In this document: positions 17,725-27,011 of the stretch, in pieces
How positions within the stretch are numbered: the first letter of the stretch is position 1
Layout of the letters: every line of letters starts with the position of its first letter
Assembly (NCBI GenBank): GCA_965220965.1
Contig: OZ244852.1
Location: 2,752,001-2,816,000 of the forward strand
Reading direction: 5' to 3'
DNA: 64,000 bases
From: Candidatus Marinacidobacterium sp.
Lineage (GTDB): Bacteria > Acidobacteriota > Vicinamibacteria > Marinacidobacterales > Marinacidobacteraceae
Translations under genes and position numbers: made by a program
The notes under the pieces: model-generated
The model's input: the letters and a program-made list of their open reading frames with translations, nothing else
Told to the model about the DNA's origin: nothing
The model's database searches: none

Positions 17725-19323
17725 ATGCCGTCCCCCGTGTCCCGCGAACGCGGCCGCCCTCGAAGTGGCCTCCTCCTCGCGCTCGCCCTGGCGGCCGCGG
17801 CGCTGATCCCGACCTCCGTCGGAGCGCAAACCGGCGCGACGCTCACGAACGAGGTTCTCGACCAGTACCGCGACCTGATCGGTCAGGAGACCCTTCCGTT
17901 CACGATCGCCCAGGCGGTCGAAGTCGCCCAGTTGCTGCACCCGAACGTCCGCCGCAGCGCGGAGCGGCTCGAAGAGTTCCCGCACCTGGTCCGCGAGGCC
18001 CGCGCGCCGTATCTCCCCCAGCTCGACCTCACGCTGCAGGCGCTCGAGACGCGCGACCCCGGCTTCCGCAACAGTCCGTTCTTCTCCCGCCTCATCGAGG
18101 ATCCGGAGGCGGCCGGCGATTCGCCCTTCGGGGACGACCCCGAGGCCTTCGGCGGGGCGTTCACCTTCGGGACCTACGGCTGGAACTTCCAGCTCTCCCA
18201 GACGCTGTGGAGTTTCCGGTTCCGTCCCGCCATGCGGGGCGTGGACATCGGTCGCCGGATCGCCGAAGTCGACCTCGCCGAGGTCAAGAACCTGGTGGCC
18301 AGGGACACCGCCACGTCGCTCTACGGGTACCTCCTGCGGGAGCGCACCCGCGACGTGCTCCAGCAGGCGATCACCACCCGGGAGCGCGCGCTGCGCATCG
18401 CCGAGGACCGCCTCGAGCTGGGCGCCGGCTCCCGCCTCGACGTTCTCCGGGCCCGCGTCGGGCTCAGCCGTCTGCGCCGGGAGCTCCAGGAAGCGGAGGA
18501 TGCGGTCACGGTGCAGCGGGCGGCGATCAACGCCCTTGTGGGCCGCGACCAGGACCTCGCGATCCAGGTCCTCGATCCGCTGACCCTCCCCGATCCGCTT
18601 CCCCGGGTCTTCCCTCCCGAGGCCCTGATGGAGCTCGCCGGCGAGCATCGACCGGAGCTCCGCCGGTACCGCCTGGATCAGGATCGCCTGCGCCTCGAGC
18701 AGGATCTGGTGAGCGCCGACTCCCGCCCCGAGGTCCGCGCGAACGCCTCCTACGGGATCAGCACCTTCGCGATGGAGAACACCTGGGACTTCTCGCTCCA
18801 CAACTGGACCGCCGGGGTCTTCGTGAACTGGCGGCTCTTCGATGGCCTTCAGACCGGGAGCCGCGCCGCCGGCCTCCGATCGCAGGAGACCCAGAGCGAG
18901 TGGGACCGCAGTCAGTACGAATCGGTCCTCGAAGTGGATCTCCGCGCCGCCGCCGCGAGCTGGCGGGGAGCGCTCGCCGCTCTCGAGGAGGCGACGCTCG
19001 CCGTCGAGGAGGCTCGCGAGGCCGAGCGCGTCGCCGAAGAGGAGCTCGCCGCCGGCGCCGCGACTCCGCTCGTCGTTCTCGAGAGCGCCCAGGTTCGCCG
19101 GGAGATCGAGCTCGAGCTCGCCCGGAACACCCACGACGCCCTGAACGCGCTCGCGGAGATCAAGTACCTCGTCGGTTTCCCGGCGAGCGCCCCGCATTCG
19201 GTCATAGCGGACACTTCGTTCCGCACCAGCGACGCCGCGCCACCCGCGGAGGACCGAACCGCTCCCGAGACTTCCCCGCCCGCCGGACCGGCGGGCGATC
19301 CCCGGATGGAGGACCGCCGGTGA
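17725..19323 (+). CDS. TolC family outer membrane efflux protein
   Basis: AAGGAG SD, signal peptide, YLPQLDL, LGAGSRLDVLRA, RPEL, WRLFDG; upstream of MFP and RND. Confidence 0.88.
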   Translation: MPSPVSRERGRPRSGLLLALALAAAALIPTSVGAQTGATLTNEVLDQYRDLIGQETLPFTIAQAVEVAQLLHPNVRRSAERLEEFPHLVREARAPYLPQLDLTLQALETRDPGFRNSPFFSRLIEDPEAAGDSPFGDDPEAFGGAFTFGTYGWNFQLSQTLWSFRFRPAMRGVDIGRRIAEVDLAEVKNLVARDTATSLYGYLLRERTRDVLQQAITTRERALRIAEDRLELGAGSRLDVLRARVGLSRLRRELQEAEDAVTVQRAAINALVGRDQDLAIQVLDPLTLPDPLPRVFPPEALMELAGEHRPELRRYRLDQDRLRLEQDLVSADSRPEVRANASYGISTFAMENTWDFSLHNWTAGVFVNWRLFDGLQTGSRAAGLRSQETQSEWDRSQYESVLEVDLRAAAASWRGALAALEEATLAVEEAREAERVAEEELAAGAATPLVVLESAQVRREIELELARNTHDALNALAEIKYLVGFPASAPHSVIADTSFRTSDAAPPAEDRTAPETSPPAGPAGDPRMEDRR

Positions 19324-20444
19324 ACCGCCCTGACGCCGAGACCGCCGAAACACCCCGACGGGCCGCCGGGTCACCCCCGGGGTTCCTTGCAACCCGCGCG
19401 ACTGGGGTGCTGGCCGCCCTTCTGATCGGCGCCGCGCTGACCGCGGCCGGGTGCGGGGAGGGTCCCGGATACGCGGACGAACCTCCCGCCCCCGAAGCGG
19501 ACCTTCGTCCCACGGTGTCGGTTACGCCGGTCACCACCACGACGCTGACCGACGTTCTGGAGATCTCCGGACAGTTCGAACCCCGGGCCGAGGTCGTCAT
19601 CTCCTCCGAGGGGGGCGGCATGGTCGAAGAGGTGCTTTTCGACAAGGGGGACCGCGTGGAGGCCGGCCAGTTGCTCGCCCGCGTCAACACCGACCTGCTC
19701 CGCGTCGCGCTCCTCGAGGCGGAGGCCGATCTGGCCGGCGCCCAGGCGGACCATGACCGCGTCCGCCAGCTCGTGGAGCGGGAAGCGACCCCCGAGGAGC
19801 GTCTGACCGAGACCGAGACCCGGCTCCGGATGGCCGAGGCCCGGACCGAGGCCGCCCGCCTCCGGTTCGCCCGCTCCGAGGTCGTCGCGCCGGCGGCCGG
19901 GATCATCGTAAGCCGCGATCTCGAGCCCGGCGAAGTCCTCGCCCCCGGCAGCCGCGTCGCGGTGCTTCACGACACCTCGTCGCTCAGGGCCACCGTCGGC
20001 ATCCCCGAGACCGATATCGCCTGGTTCCGGGTGGGGGCGCCCGCCGAAGTGACCCTGGACGCCTACCCCGACCGGATCGTTCAGGGCCGCATCACCTGGA
20101 TCGCGCCGAACGCGACCCAGCCGGGCCGGAACTTCCTGACCGAGATCGAGGTCCCGAATCCCGACGGCTCGCTCCGTTCCGGCCTCATCGTCCGGACCCG
20201 GCTCGAGCGCCGGGTCTTCGAGGAGGCGGTCGTGGTCTCGCGGGACGTTCTGGTGGAGCGCGACGCCGTGCTCTACGCCTTCGTCCTCGAGGACGGCCTC
20301 GTCGCCCTGCGCGAGGTCACGCTTGGCCCCGACGAGGGGGATCGCGTCGTCGTCACCTCCGGGCTGGACGTCGGCCAGACCCTGCTCGTCGCCGGCCACC
20401 GGAACCTGATCGCGGGCGAGGCGGTCCGCGTCGTCGAGGATTGA
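19320..20444 (+). CDS. RND efflux periplasmic adaptor (membrane fusion protein)
   Basis: Lipobox AAGC, GDRVEAGQLLA, APAAGII, LRSGL; GTG overlapping TolC stop. Confidence 0.9.
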   Translation: MNRPDAETAETPRRAAGSPPGFLATRATGVLAALLIGAALTAAGCGEGPGYADEPPAPEADLRPTVSVTPVTTTTLTDVLEISGQFEPRAEVVISSEGGGMVEEVLFDKGDRVEAGQLLARVNTDLLRVALLEAEADLAGAQADHDRVRQLVEREATPEERLTETETRLRMAEARTEAARLRFARSEVVAPAAGIIVSRDLEPGEVLAPGSRVAVLHDTSSLRATVGIPETDIAWFRVGAPAEVTLDAYPDRIVQGRITWIAPNATQPGRNFLTEIEVPNPDGSLRSGLIVRTRLERRVFEEAVVVSRDVLVERDAVLYAFVLEDGLVALREVTLGPDEGDRVVVTSGLDVGQTLLVAGHRNLIAGEAVRVVED

Positions 20445-20514
20445 GGAAACTGACTGCCGCCCCGGCGCAGCCGGGGACGCGCCGGGCGCGCTCCCGCCGC
20501 CCCTGAGGACCCAC

Positions 20515-23500
20515 GTGCGCATCACGAACTACGCGATCCGGCACCGGCTCACGGTGTATTTCCTGATCCTGATCCTGTGTCTCGGCGGAACCGGCGTCTA
20601 CGTGTCGCTTCCGCGCGAGTCCTTTCCCGAGGTCCAGGTCCCGTTCATCGTCGTCTACACGGTCTACCCCGGGGTCAGCCCCACGGACATGGAGACGCTG
20701 GTCACGCGACCCATCGAGACCGAGCTCAAGACGCTCACCGGCGTCAAGGAAATCAGCTCCACGACGAGCGAGGGCCTGTCCAGTATTTCCGTCGAGTTCA
20801 ACCCGGAAGAGGATCTCGACACCGCGCTCGCGTCCGTCCGGGAGAAGGTGGATCTCGCGAAGCCCGACCTACCGGCGGAGGCCGAGGACCCCCGGGTCCA
20901 GGACGTGGACTTCTCGCAGGTTCCGATCCTGCTGCTGACCCTGTCCGGCCCGGTGGGGACCCACCAGCTCACGCAGGTCGCCGAAGCGATGCAGGACGAC
21001 TTCGAGGCGATCTCCGGAGTGAACCGGGTGAACCTGATCGGGAATCGCCAGCGCGAGGTTCACGTCCAGGTGGACCCGAGGCGGCTCTCCTTCTTCGAGT
21101 TGAGCCTTTCCGACCTCGTGCTCGCTGTCGCCCGCGAGAACCGCAACGTTCCCGGCGGTGAGATCGCCGTCGGCGGGCTGGACTATCTGGTCCGGCTCCC
21201 GGCCGAGGTCCGCGACCCCACCGAGATCGAGGACTTCGTCGTCAAGGTGCGCGAGGGTCAGCCGGTCTTCATCCGGGACGTGGCGGATGTGGTCTTCGGC
21301 TTCGAAGACGAAGCCACCCGTTCCCGGGTCGATGGAGAGCCGTCCGTCACCCTCGCCGTCGAAAAACGCACCGGCGCGAACCTCGTCGAGGTCGCCGACC
21401 GGGTCCATGAAGAACTCGATCGCTGGGACGAGCAGCTCCCGGCGGGCATCCAGACCGCGGTCGTCGGGGACATCTCGGTGGAGATCCGCCGGATGGTGAA
21501 CGAGCTCGAGAACAACGTGATCTCGGGGCTCCTCCTGGTCGTCGCCTGCCTCATGGCGTTCGTGGGTTTCCGGAACTCGTTCTTCGTGGGAGTCGCGATT
21601 CCGCTGTCGATGATGGCCTCGTTCCTCGTGCTCGGCTGGATGGGCTACACGCTGAACATGATGGTGCTGTTCAGCCTCATCCTGATGCTCGGCATGCTGG
21701 TGGACAACGCCGTCGTCATCGTGGAGAACATCTACCGGCACCGGGAGATGGGGAAGAACGGACCCGACGCCGCCGGCGTCGGAACCCGCGAAGTCGCCCG
21801 TCCGGTGATCGCCTCGACCATCACGACGCTCTGCGCGTTTTCCCCGCTGCTGATCTGGCCCGGGATCATCGGGGACTTCATGTCCTATCTGCCGGTGACC
21901 CTCATCATCGGGCTGAGCGCCTCGCTCCTCGTCGCGCTCATCATCAATCCGACGCTGTGCGCCTGGCTCATGAAGCCCCCGAAGCGGGCGGCGGCCACCG
22001 CGCCCGGCGAGGAGCACGCCTTCCGGCGCGCCTACCGCCGGCTCCTGACCTGGGCGCTTCAGTCGGGCGCCGATGTCGGGACCCGGGGCTGGTTCCTCCG
22101 GAACTGGCTTCTGCCCTCCGCCTTCGTGCTGTGTCTGGGAGTCGCGGTGGCGCTCGCCCTGGGCGGCATGTTCTTCCAGACGAACGCGTTGCTGCCGGTC
22201 GTGGCGGCCCTCGCCGGGATCGGGGTGGCGGCCTTCGCGCTCCAGGGCGTGCTCTGGCTCCTCTGGAGCATCGGTCGCGCGCTTCGCCGGGGCGCCGGGG
22301 CGCTGCTCGGGTCCGACGGACGTCGGTTCGGCCCCTACATCACCGACCATCGTTCCGGCCTGATCTGGACGATGTGCGCGGTCCTGGTGGCGACCGTCGG
22401 CGTCTACCTCGTCGTGGGGCAGGGGGTCGAGCTGTTCCCCGAGGTCGAGCCGAGGCAGATCGTCGTCTCGGTCGACACGCCCGCCGGCTCCACCCTCGAC
22501 GCCTCGGACTCCATCGTCCGGCGCATCGAGAACCTGACCCGCGACACCGACGACATGCTCCACCAGATCGCCAACGTGGGGAGCACCGGCGTCAGCGTGA
22601 GCCCCGACGGGAGCGGCGGCGGCGGAAGCCCGACGACGAGCCAGGTCACGCTCTACCTCGAAGAGCGCAAGGACCGGACGGTCCGGAACACCTTCACCAC
22701 GCTCGAAGTCGCCCGCGCGGCGCTCGCCGATGTGGTGGGGGCCACGATCAAGGTGGACGCCCCCCAGGACGGCCCGCCCACCGGGGCTCCGGTGTCCGTC
22801 CGGATCATCGGTGACGACCTCGACCAGATCGCCCGGCTCACCGAGGAAGCGATGTCGCGGATCCGCGGCATCGAGGGCCTCGTCAATCTCGACCACGATC
22901 TCGACCGCGGCAAGCCCGAACTTCGCGTCGAAGTGGACCGCGAGGAGGCGATGCGCGCCGGGGTCAACACCCAGGTCATCGCCGGAACCGTCCAGACGGC
23001 GATCCTCGGGACCGAGGCTTCGAAGTACCGGGTCGGCGAGGACGAGCACGACATCCGCGTCCGGCTGGCGCCCGACGCCCGCCGCTCGCTCGATGACATC
23101 GCGGAACTGACGGTTCCCGACGAGGACGGGATCCCGGTCCCGATCCGCACCGTCGCCGCGCTCTCCCACGGCGTGGGTCCCTCGGCGGTGCGCCGGGTGG
23201 ACCTGAACCGCGTCGCCACGATCGAGGGCGACGTCGTCCGGGACTCCGGGCGCACCGAAGCGGCTGTCCGCGAGGAGGTCGCGGCCGGGCTGGACTCGAT
23301 GGAGTGGCCCCCCGGTTATCGCTGGGCGTTCTCCGGCGCCAACGAGGAAGAGCTCCAGGCGACCGCCTTTCTCTCCCGCGCCTTCGTGATCGCCCTGCTC
23401 CTGATCCTGATGGTGCTCGTGACCCAGTTCGACTCGCTCGTGCTCCCGCTCACCATCATCACCTCGGTCGGGCTCTCGGTCATCGGGGTCCTCTGGGGCC

Positions 23501-23967
23501 TGATGATCACCGGCACCCCGTTCGGGATCATCATGACCGGCATCGGGGTGATTTCGCTGGCCGGAATCGTGGTGAACAACGCGATCGTCCTCTGCGACTT
23601 CATCCGACAGCTACGGGCCAAGGGGCTGTCCCGTCGGGAGGCCGTCATCGAGGCGGGTTCGATCCGTCTGCGTCCGGTGCTCCTGACCGCGGTCACGACC
23701 GTGCTCGGCCTCGTCCCGCTCACGCTCGGCCTGAACCTCGACTTCTTCAACCTCGCGTTCTCGACCGGCGGGGAGAGTTCCCAGTTCTGGGCCTCGATGG
23801 GAGTGGCGGTGATCTTCGGCCTGACCGTGGCGACGGTTCTGACCCTCGTCGTGGTCCCGGTCACCTACGACTCGCTGGACGGGCTCACGACCCGGCTCGA
23901 GGCCTGGCGCGCCCGGCGCCGGGAGGACCGCGCGCTGCCGTCGTCCACCGCCGACGCCCCCGTCTGA
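20515..23967 (+). CDS. RND efflux permease, AcrB/AcrD/AcrF family
   Basis: 1150 aa; LPRESFP, YPGVSP, GMLVDNAVV, GIVVNNAIVL, RLRPVLLT. Confidence 0.95.
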   Translation: MRITNYAIRHRLTVYFLILILCLGGTGVYVSLPRESFPEVQVPFIVVYTVYPGVSPTDMETLVTRPIETELKTLTGVKEISSTTSEGLSSISVEFNPEEDLDTALASVREKVDLAKPDLPAEAEDPRVQDVDFSQVPILLLTLSGPVGTHQLTQVAEAMQDDFEAISGVNRVNLIGNRQREVHVQVDPRRLSFFELSLSDLVLAVARENRNVPGGEIAVGGLDYLVRLPAEVRDPTEIEDFVVKVREGQPVFIRDVADVVFGFEDEATRSRVDGEPSVTLAVEKRTGANLVEVADRVHEELDRWDEQLPAGIQTAVVGDISVEIRRMVNELENNVISGLLLVVACLMAFVGFRNSFFVGVAIPLSMMASFLVLGWMGYTLNMMVLFSLILMLGMLVDNAVVIVENIYRHREMGKNGPDAAGVGTREVARPVIASTITTLCAFSPLLIWPGIIGDFMSYLPVTLIIGLSASLLVALIINPTLCAWLMKPPKRAAATAPGEEHAFRRAYRRLLTWALQSGADVGTRGWFLRNWLLPSAFVLCLGVAVALALGGMFFQTNALLPVVAALAGIGVAAFALQGVLWLLWSIGRALRRGAGALLGSDGRRFGPYITDHRSGLIWTMCAVLVATVGVYLVVGQGVELFPEVEPRQIVVSVDTPAGSTLDASDSIVRRIENLTRDTDDMLHQIANVGSTGVSVSPDGSGGGGSPTTSQVTLYLEERKDRTVRNTFTTLEVARAALADVVGATIKVDAPQDGPPTGAPVSVRIIGDDLDQIARLTEEAMSRIRGIEGLVNLDHDLDRGKPELRVEVDREEAMRAGVNTQVIAGTVQTAILGTEASKYRVGEDEHDIRVRLAPDARRSLDDIAELTVPDEDGIPVPIRTVAALSHGVGPSAVRRVDLNRVATIEGDVVRDSGRTEAAVREEVAAGLDSMEWPPGYRWAFSGANEEELQATAFLSRAFVIALLLILMVLVTQFDSLVLPLTIITSVGLSVIGVLWGLMITGTPFGIIMTGIGVISLAGIVVNNAIVLCDFIRQLRAKGLSRREAVIEAGSIRLRPVLLTAVTTVLGLVPLTLGLNLDFFNLAFSTGGESSQFWASMGVAVIFGLTVATVLTLVVVPVTYDSLDGLTTRLEAWRARRREDRALPSSTADAPV

Positions 23968-24053
23968 TCGGGAGGCCGCCCTGGAGTTCGGCGGCCTCCG
24001 GTCCCCGGGGCGGGCGCGTCCGGGCGCTCCACTAGAATCCTCCCGCCGGTCCC

Positions 24054-24140
24054 GGAGGGGTGCAAGAGCGGCTGAATTGGCCAGCCCGGAAAGCTGGTGT
24101 ACCGGCAACGGTACCGTGGGTTCGAATCCCACCCCCTCCG
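24054..24140 (+). tRNA. tRNA-Ser(GGA)
   Basis: Acceptor GGAGGGG/CCCCTCC, discriminator G, anticodon arm CCAGC-CCGGAAA-GCTGG, long variable arm GTACCG-GCAA-CGGTAC, GTTCGAATC; TAGAAT -10 at 24033-24038; CCA not encoded. Confidence 0.93.
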
Positions 24141-24180
24141 CCGCCTCGCTCCCGCGCCCGGGCTGTCAACAGGCCGCCAG

Positions 24181-25833
24181 ATGACTCCCCCCGACGCCCC
24201 GACGCTCTTCGGGGGTTCCGCGTCCGCGCCGAGCGAGCCCGAGCCCTCCACCGAGCCCTCCGCTCCCGAATCGCCCTCGCCTCCGGCCGCTCCCGAGGTG
24301 GAAGCCGCCCAGACCGCCGAGCCGGCGCCGGAAGCGGAACCCGCTCCGGAGACGACGCCCGCGGAGCCCGCCGCGGTCGAGGAGTCCGCGGCCGCCGGGG
24401 AATCCGCCTCGACGCCCGCCCCGCTCCCGGAGAAGGCCTCCCCGTCCGCCGCGTCCGATGAAGCGGCGCCGCCGCCGGTCGCGGCGGACGCCTCCGGTGG
24501 CTACCAGGTCCTTGCGCTTCGCTACCGCCCCCAGACCTTCTCCGATCTCGTCGGGCAGGAGGCCATCGCCCGCACGCTCCAGAACGCCATCACCAAGGGG
24601 CGCATCTGGAACGCCTTCCTGTTCGCCGGGCCCCGGGGCGTCGGCAAGACGACGACCGCCCGCCTTCTCGCGAAGGCGCTCAACTGCCACGCCGCCCCCG
24701 CGCCGACTCCCGAACCCTGCGGAGACTGCTCCTCGTGCCGGGAAATCGCCGGCGGCTTCTCGCGCGATGTCCCGGAGATCGACGGGGCGAGCCACAGCGG
24801 GGTCGCGAACGCCCGCGAAATCATCGAGACCGCCCAGTACGCGCCGAACCGGGACCGGTTCCGGGTCTTTCTGATCGACGAAGTCCACATGCTGAGCCGG
24901 GAGGCGTTCAACGCCCTCCTCAAGACGCTCGAGGAACCGCCCCGTCATGTGAAGTTCCTGTTCGCGACGACCGAGATCCACAAGATCCCCGACACGATCC
25001 TCTCCCGTTGCCAGGAATTCGAATTCCGCACCGTCGCCCCGAAGGCCATCGCCGATCGGTTGCGCTGGATCGCGGAGGACCAGGGGGTCGAGGTTTCCGA
25101 AGACGCCCTCGCCCAGGTCGCCCGCTTTGGCCAGGGAAGCCTGCGGGACGCGCTCTCCGCCTTCGATCAGGTCATCGGCGCGGTGGATGGCGCGATCGGC
25201 GCTTCCGATGTCAGCGACATCCTGGGCGTCCCCGATGTAGCGCTCTGCCGGCGGGTCGCCGCCGCGATCGCCGAGGCCGACCGCCGCGCGGTCTTCGAGG
25301 TCGTCTCGGAGCTGATGGAGGGCGGTCGCGACCTGCGCCACTTCGTCCTCCTCCTGACCCACTACCTGCGCGATGTCCTCGTTGTCCGGTCCGCTCCCGA
25401 ACACCTCGACCTCCTCGAATGGTCCGGCGAACGCGACCACCTCACCGCGTTCGCGAAGACGTTCTCCGAGGAAGATCTGCTCCGGAGCCTCGACGTGCTG
25501 ACCCAGGCGGAGCAGGGGCTGCGCTGGTCCGCGGAGCCCCGCTTCCACCTCGAGATGGCGCTCCTCAAGCTGGTGGAGATGCCGCGTCTCGCCGCCTTCG
25601 AGGATCTGCTCGAACAGGTGGCCAGACCTCCGGCTCGTTCCGCTCCCCGCCGCGCCGCCTCGTCGGCCGCGCCGCGCCCCGCCGCGTCGCCGGCCGCGCA
25701 GCGTCCGGCCCCTCCGCCATCAGAAGCGTCGCCGTCCCTCGAAGTCGAGCCGCCCCAGGTGGTCAAGGACTACCAGAAGGCCTTCGGCGGCGCGATCGTT
25801 TCCACCCGGCGTATCGCCCCCGACGGGGAATGA
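24181..25833 (+). CDS. dnaX: DNA polymerase III subunit gamma/tau
   Basis: YQVLALRYRPQTF, GPRGVGKTT, Cys Zn motif, IDEVHML, NALLKTLEEPP, SRC; start uncertain because of an N-terminal low-complexity extension. Confidence 0.95.
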   Translation: MTPPDAPTLFGGSASAPSEPEPSTEPSAPESPSPPAAPEVEAAQTAEPAPEAEPAPETTPAEPAAVEESAAAGESASTPAPLPEKASPSAASDEAAPPPVAADASGGYQVLALRYRPQTFSDLVGQEAIARTLQNAITKGRIWNAFLFAGPRGVGKTTTARLLAKALNCHAAPAPTPEPCGDCSSCREIAGGFSRDVPEIDGASHSGVANAREIIETAQYAPNRDRFRVFLIDEVHMLSREAFNALLKTLEEPPRHVKFLFATTEIHKIPDTILSRCQEFEFRTVAPKAIADRLRWIAEDQGVEVSEDALAQVARFGQGSLRDALSAFDQVIGAVDGAIGASDVSDILGVPDVALCRRVAAAIAEADRRAVFEVVSELMEGGRDLRHFVLLLTHYLRDVLVVRSAPEHLDLLEWSGERDHLTAFAKTFSEEDLLRSLDVLTQAEQGLRWSAEPRFHLEMALLKLVEMPRLAAFEDLLEQVARPPARSAPRRAASSAAPRPAASPAAQRPAPPPSEASPSLEVEPPQVVKDYQKAFGGAIVSTRRIAPDGE

Positions 25834-25858
25834 CGCTCTTGCCAGAGAAGAACACTTC

Positions 25859-26170
25859 ATGCTCTCGAAGCCAGGAAAGGCAATCCAGCAGATCCGCCAG
25901 CTCCGTCGGGTCAGGAAACAACTGGAGGCGATCACCACCGAAGGCGCCGCCGGGGGCGGGAAGGTCACGGTCCGGGTGGACGGCGCCCGCAAGGTCCGCG
26001 AGGTCTCCATCGCGCCGGAACTGGTCGAGGCCGGGGACGCCCGGCTGATCGAGCGGCTGGTCCAGACCGCGGTCAACGACGCGATGAAGAATCTTGACCG
26101 CCAGCTTCAGGCGCAGATGAGCCGGATGCCGGATCTCGGCGGGATGCTCGGCGGGATCGGAGGGGCGTGA
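25859..26170 (+). CDS. ybaB: YbaB/EbfC nucleoid-associated protein
   Basis: EGAAGGGKVTVRVDG...AVNDA; between dnaX and recR. Confidence 0.9.
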   Translation: MLSKPGKAIQQIRQLRRVRKQLEAITTEGAAGGGKVTVRVDGARKVREVSIAPELVEAGDARLIERLVQTAVNDAMKNLDRQLQAQMSRMPDLGGMLGGIGGA

Positions 26171-26763
26171 GCGGGTTACCCGAGCCGTTGCTGCGGCTCG
26201 TGCGCGAGCTGAAGCGGCTTCCCGGGATCGGCGAAAAGTCCGCGGTCCGCATCGCTTTCCACCTCCTGGCCGGCGACCGGGAGCGCGCCGACGCGCTGGC
26301 CGCCGCCGCCGGAACGCTCCACGATCTGGTCGCCCGCTGCCAGGTGTGCGGCAACTTCACCGAGGCCCAGCCCTGCGCGCTCTGCCGCGCCGACGACCGA
26401 AGCGAACCGGTCCTCTGCGTCGTCGAGGATCCGGCGGACATCGCCGCGGTCGAGAAGGCGGGCGCCTTCCGGGGCCGCTACCACGTCCTCGCCGGCGCCC
26501 TCTCCGGCCGTCACGCTCCCGAGGACGACCCCCAGATCCGCAAGCTGATCCGGCGCGTCCGCGAGGGTGCGTTCGAGGAAGTCCTTCTCGCCACGAACCC
26601 CACGAACGACGGTGAGTCGATCGCCGCCCTCATCGCCCATCTCCTGAAACCGGAGGAGATTCGCGTCACCCGGATCGGCATCGGCATCCCGATGGGCTCC
26701 GAGCTGGTCCACACCGACGAGACCACGATGGCGGAAGCTCTCCAGCACCGCTCGACGCTCTGA
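26167..26763 (+). CDS. recR: Recombination mediator RecR
   Basis: LPGIGEKSA, C4 zinc finger, CVVE, YHVL, ATNPT. Confidence 0.96.
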   Translation: MSGLPEPLLRLVRELKRLPGIGEKSAVRIAFHLLAGDRERADALAAAAGTLHDLVARCQVCGNFTEAQPCALCRADDRSEPVLCVVEDPADIAAVEKAGAFRGRYHVLAGALSGRHAPEDDPQIRKLIRRVREGAFEEVLLATNPTNDGESIAALIAHLLKPEEIRVTRIGIGIPMGSELVHTDETTMAEALQHRSTL

Positions 26764-26865
26764 ACCGGCGTCCGCGATCCGGACATCCCGCCCTCCGAAT
26801 CGCCGGTTCCCGGCGCTCTCGGGTCTTCGCTATGATTGCGTTGTGGTAGGGGTGTGCAATGGGGA

Positions 26866-26940
26866 TCCACGGTAGCTCAATGGCAGAGCAGCGGACTGTT
26901 AATCCGTTGGTTGTAGGTTCAAGTCCTACCCGTGGAGCCA
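26866..26940 (+). tRNA. tRNA-Asn(GTT)
   Basis: TCCACGG/CCGTGGA stem, GCGGA-CTGTTAA-TCCGT, GTTCAAGTC, encoded CCA; TATGAT -10 at 26831-26836. Confidence 0.96.
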
Positions 26941-27011
26941 CCCGGTTCCGCGTCGTGGAGCGAGGGCGGGTGACAGAGGGGGAGTCAGGTCGACATCGGT
27001 ACGCTCCGCTC

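Noticed and set aside
24141-24180. SRP RNA (ffs), often found between tRNA-Ser and dnaX
   Set aside because: No room and no SRP domain IV motif recognised
25560-25833. dnaX programmed -1 frameshift or slippage site
   Set aside because: No A AAA AAG or long A tract seen
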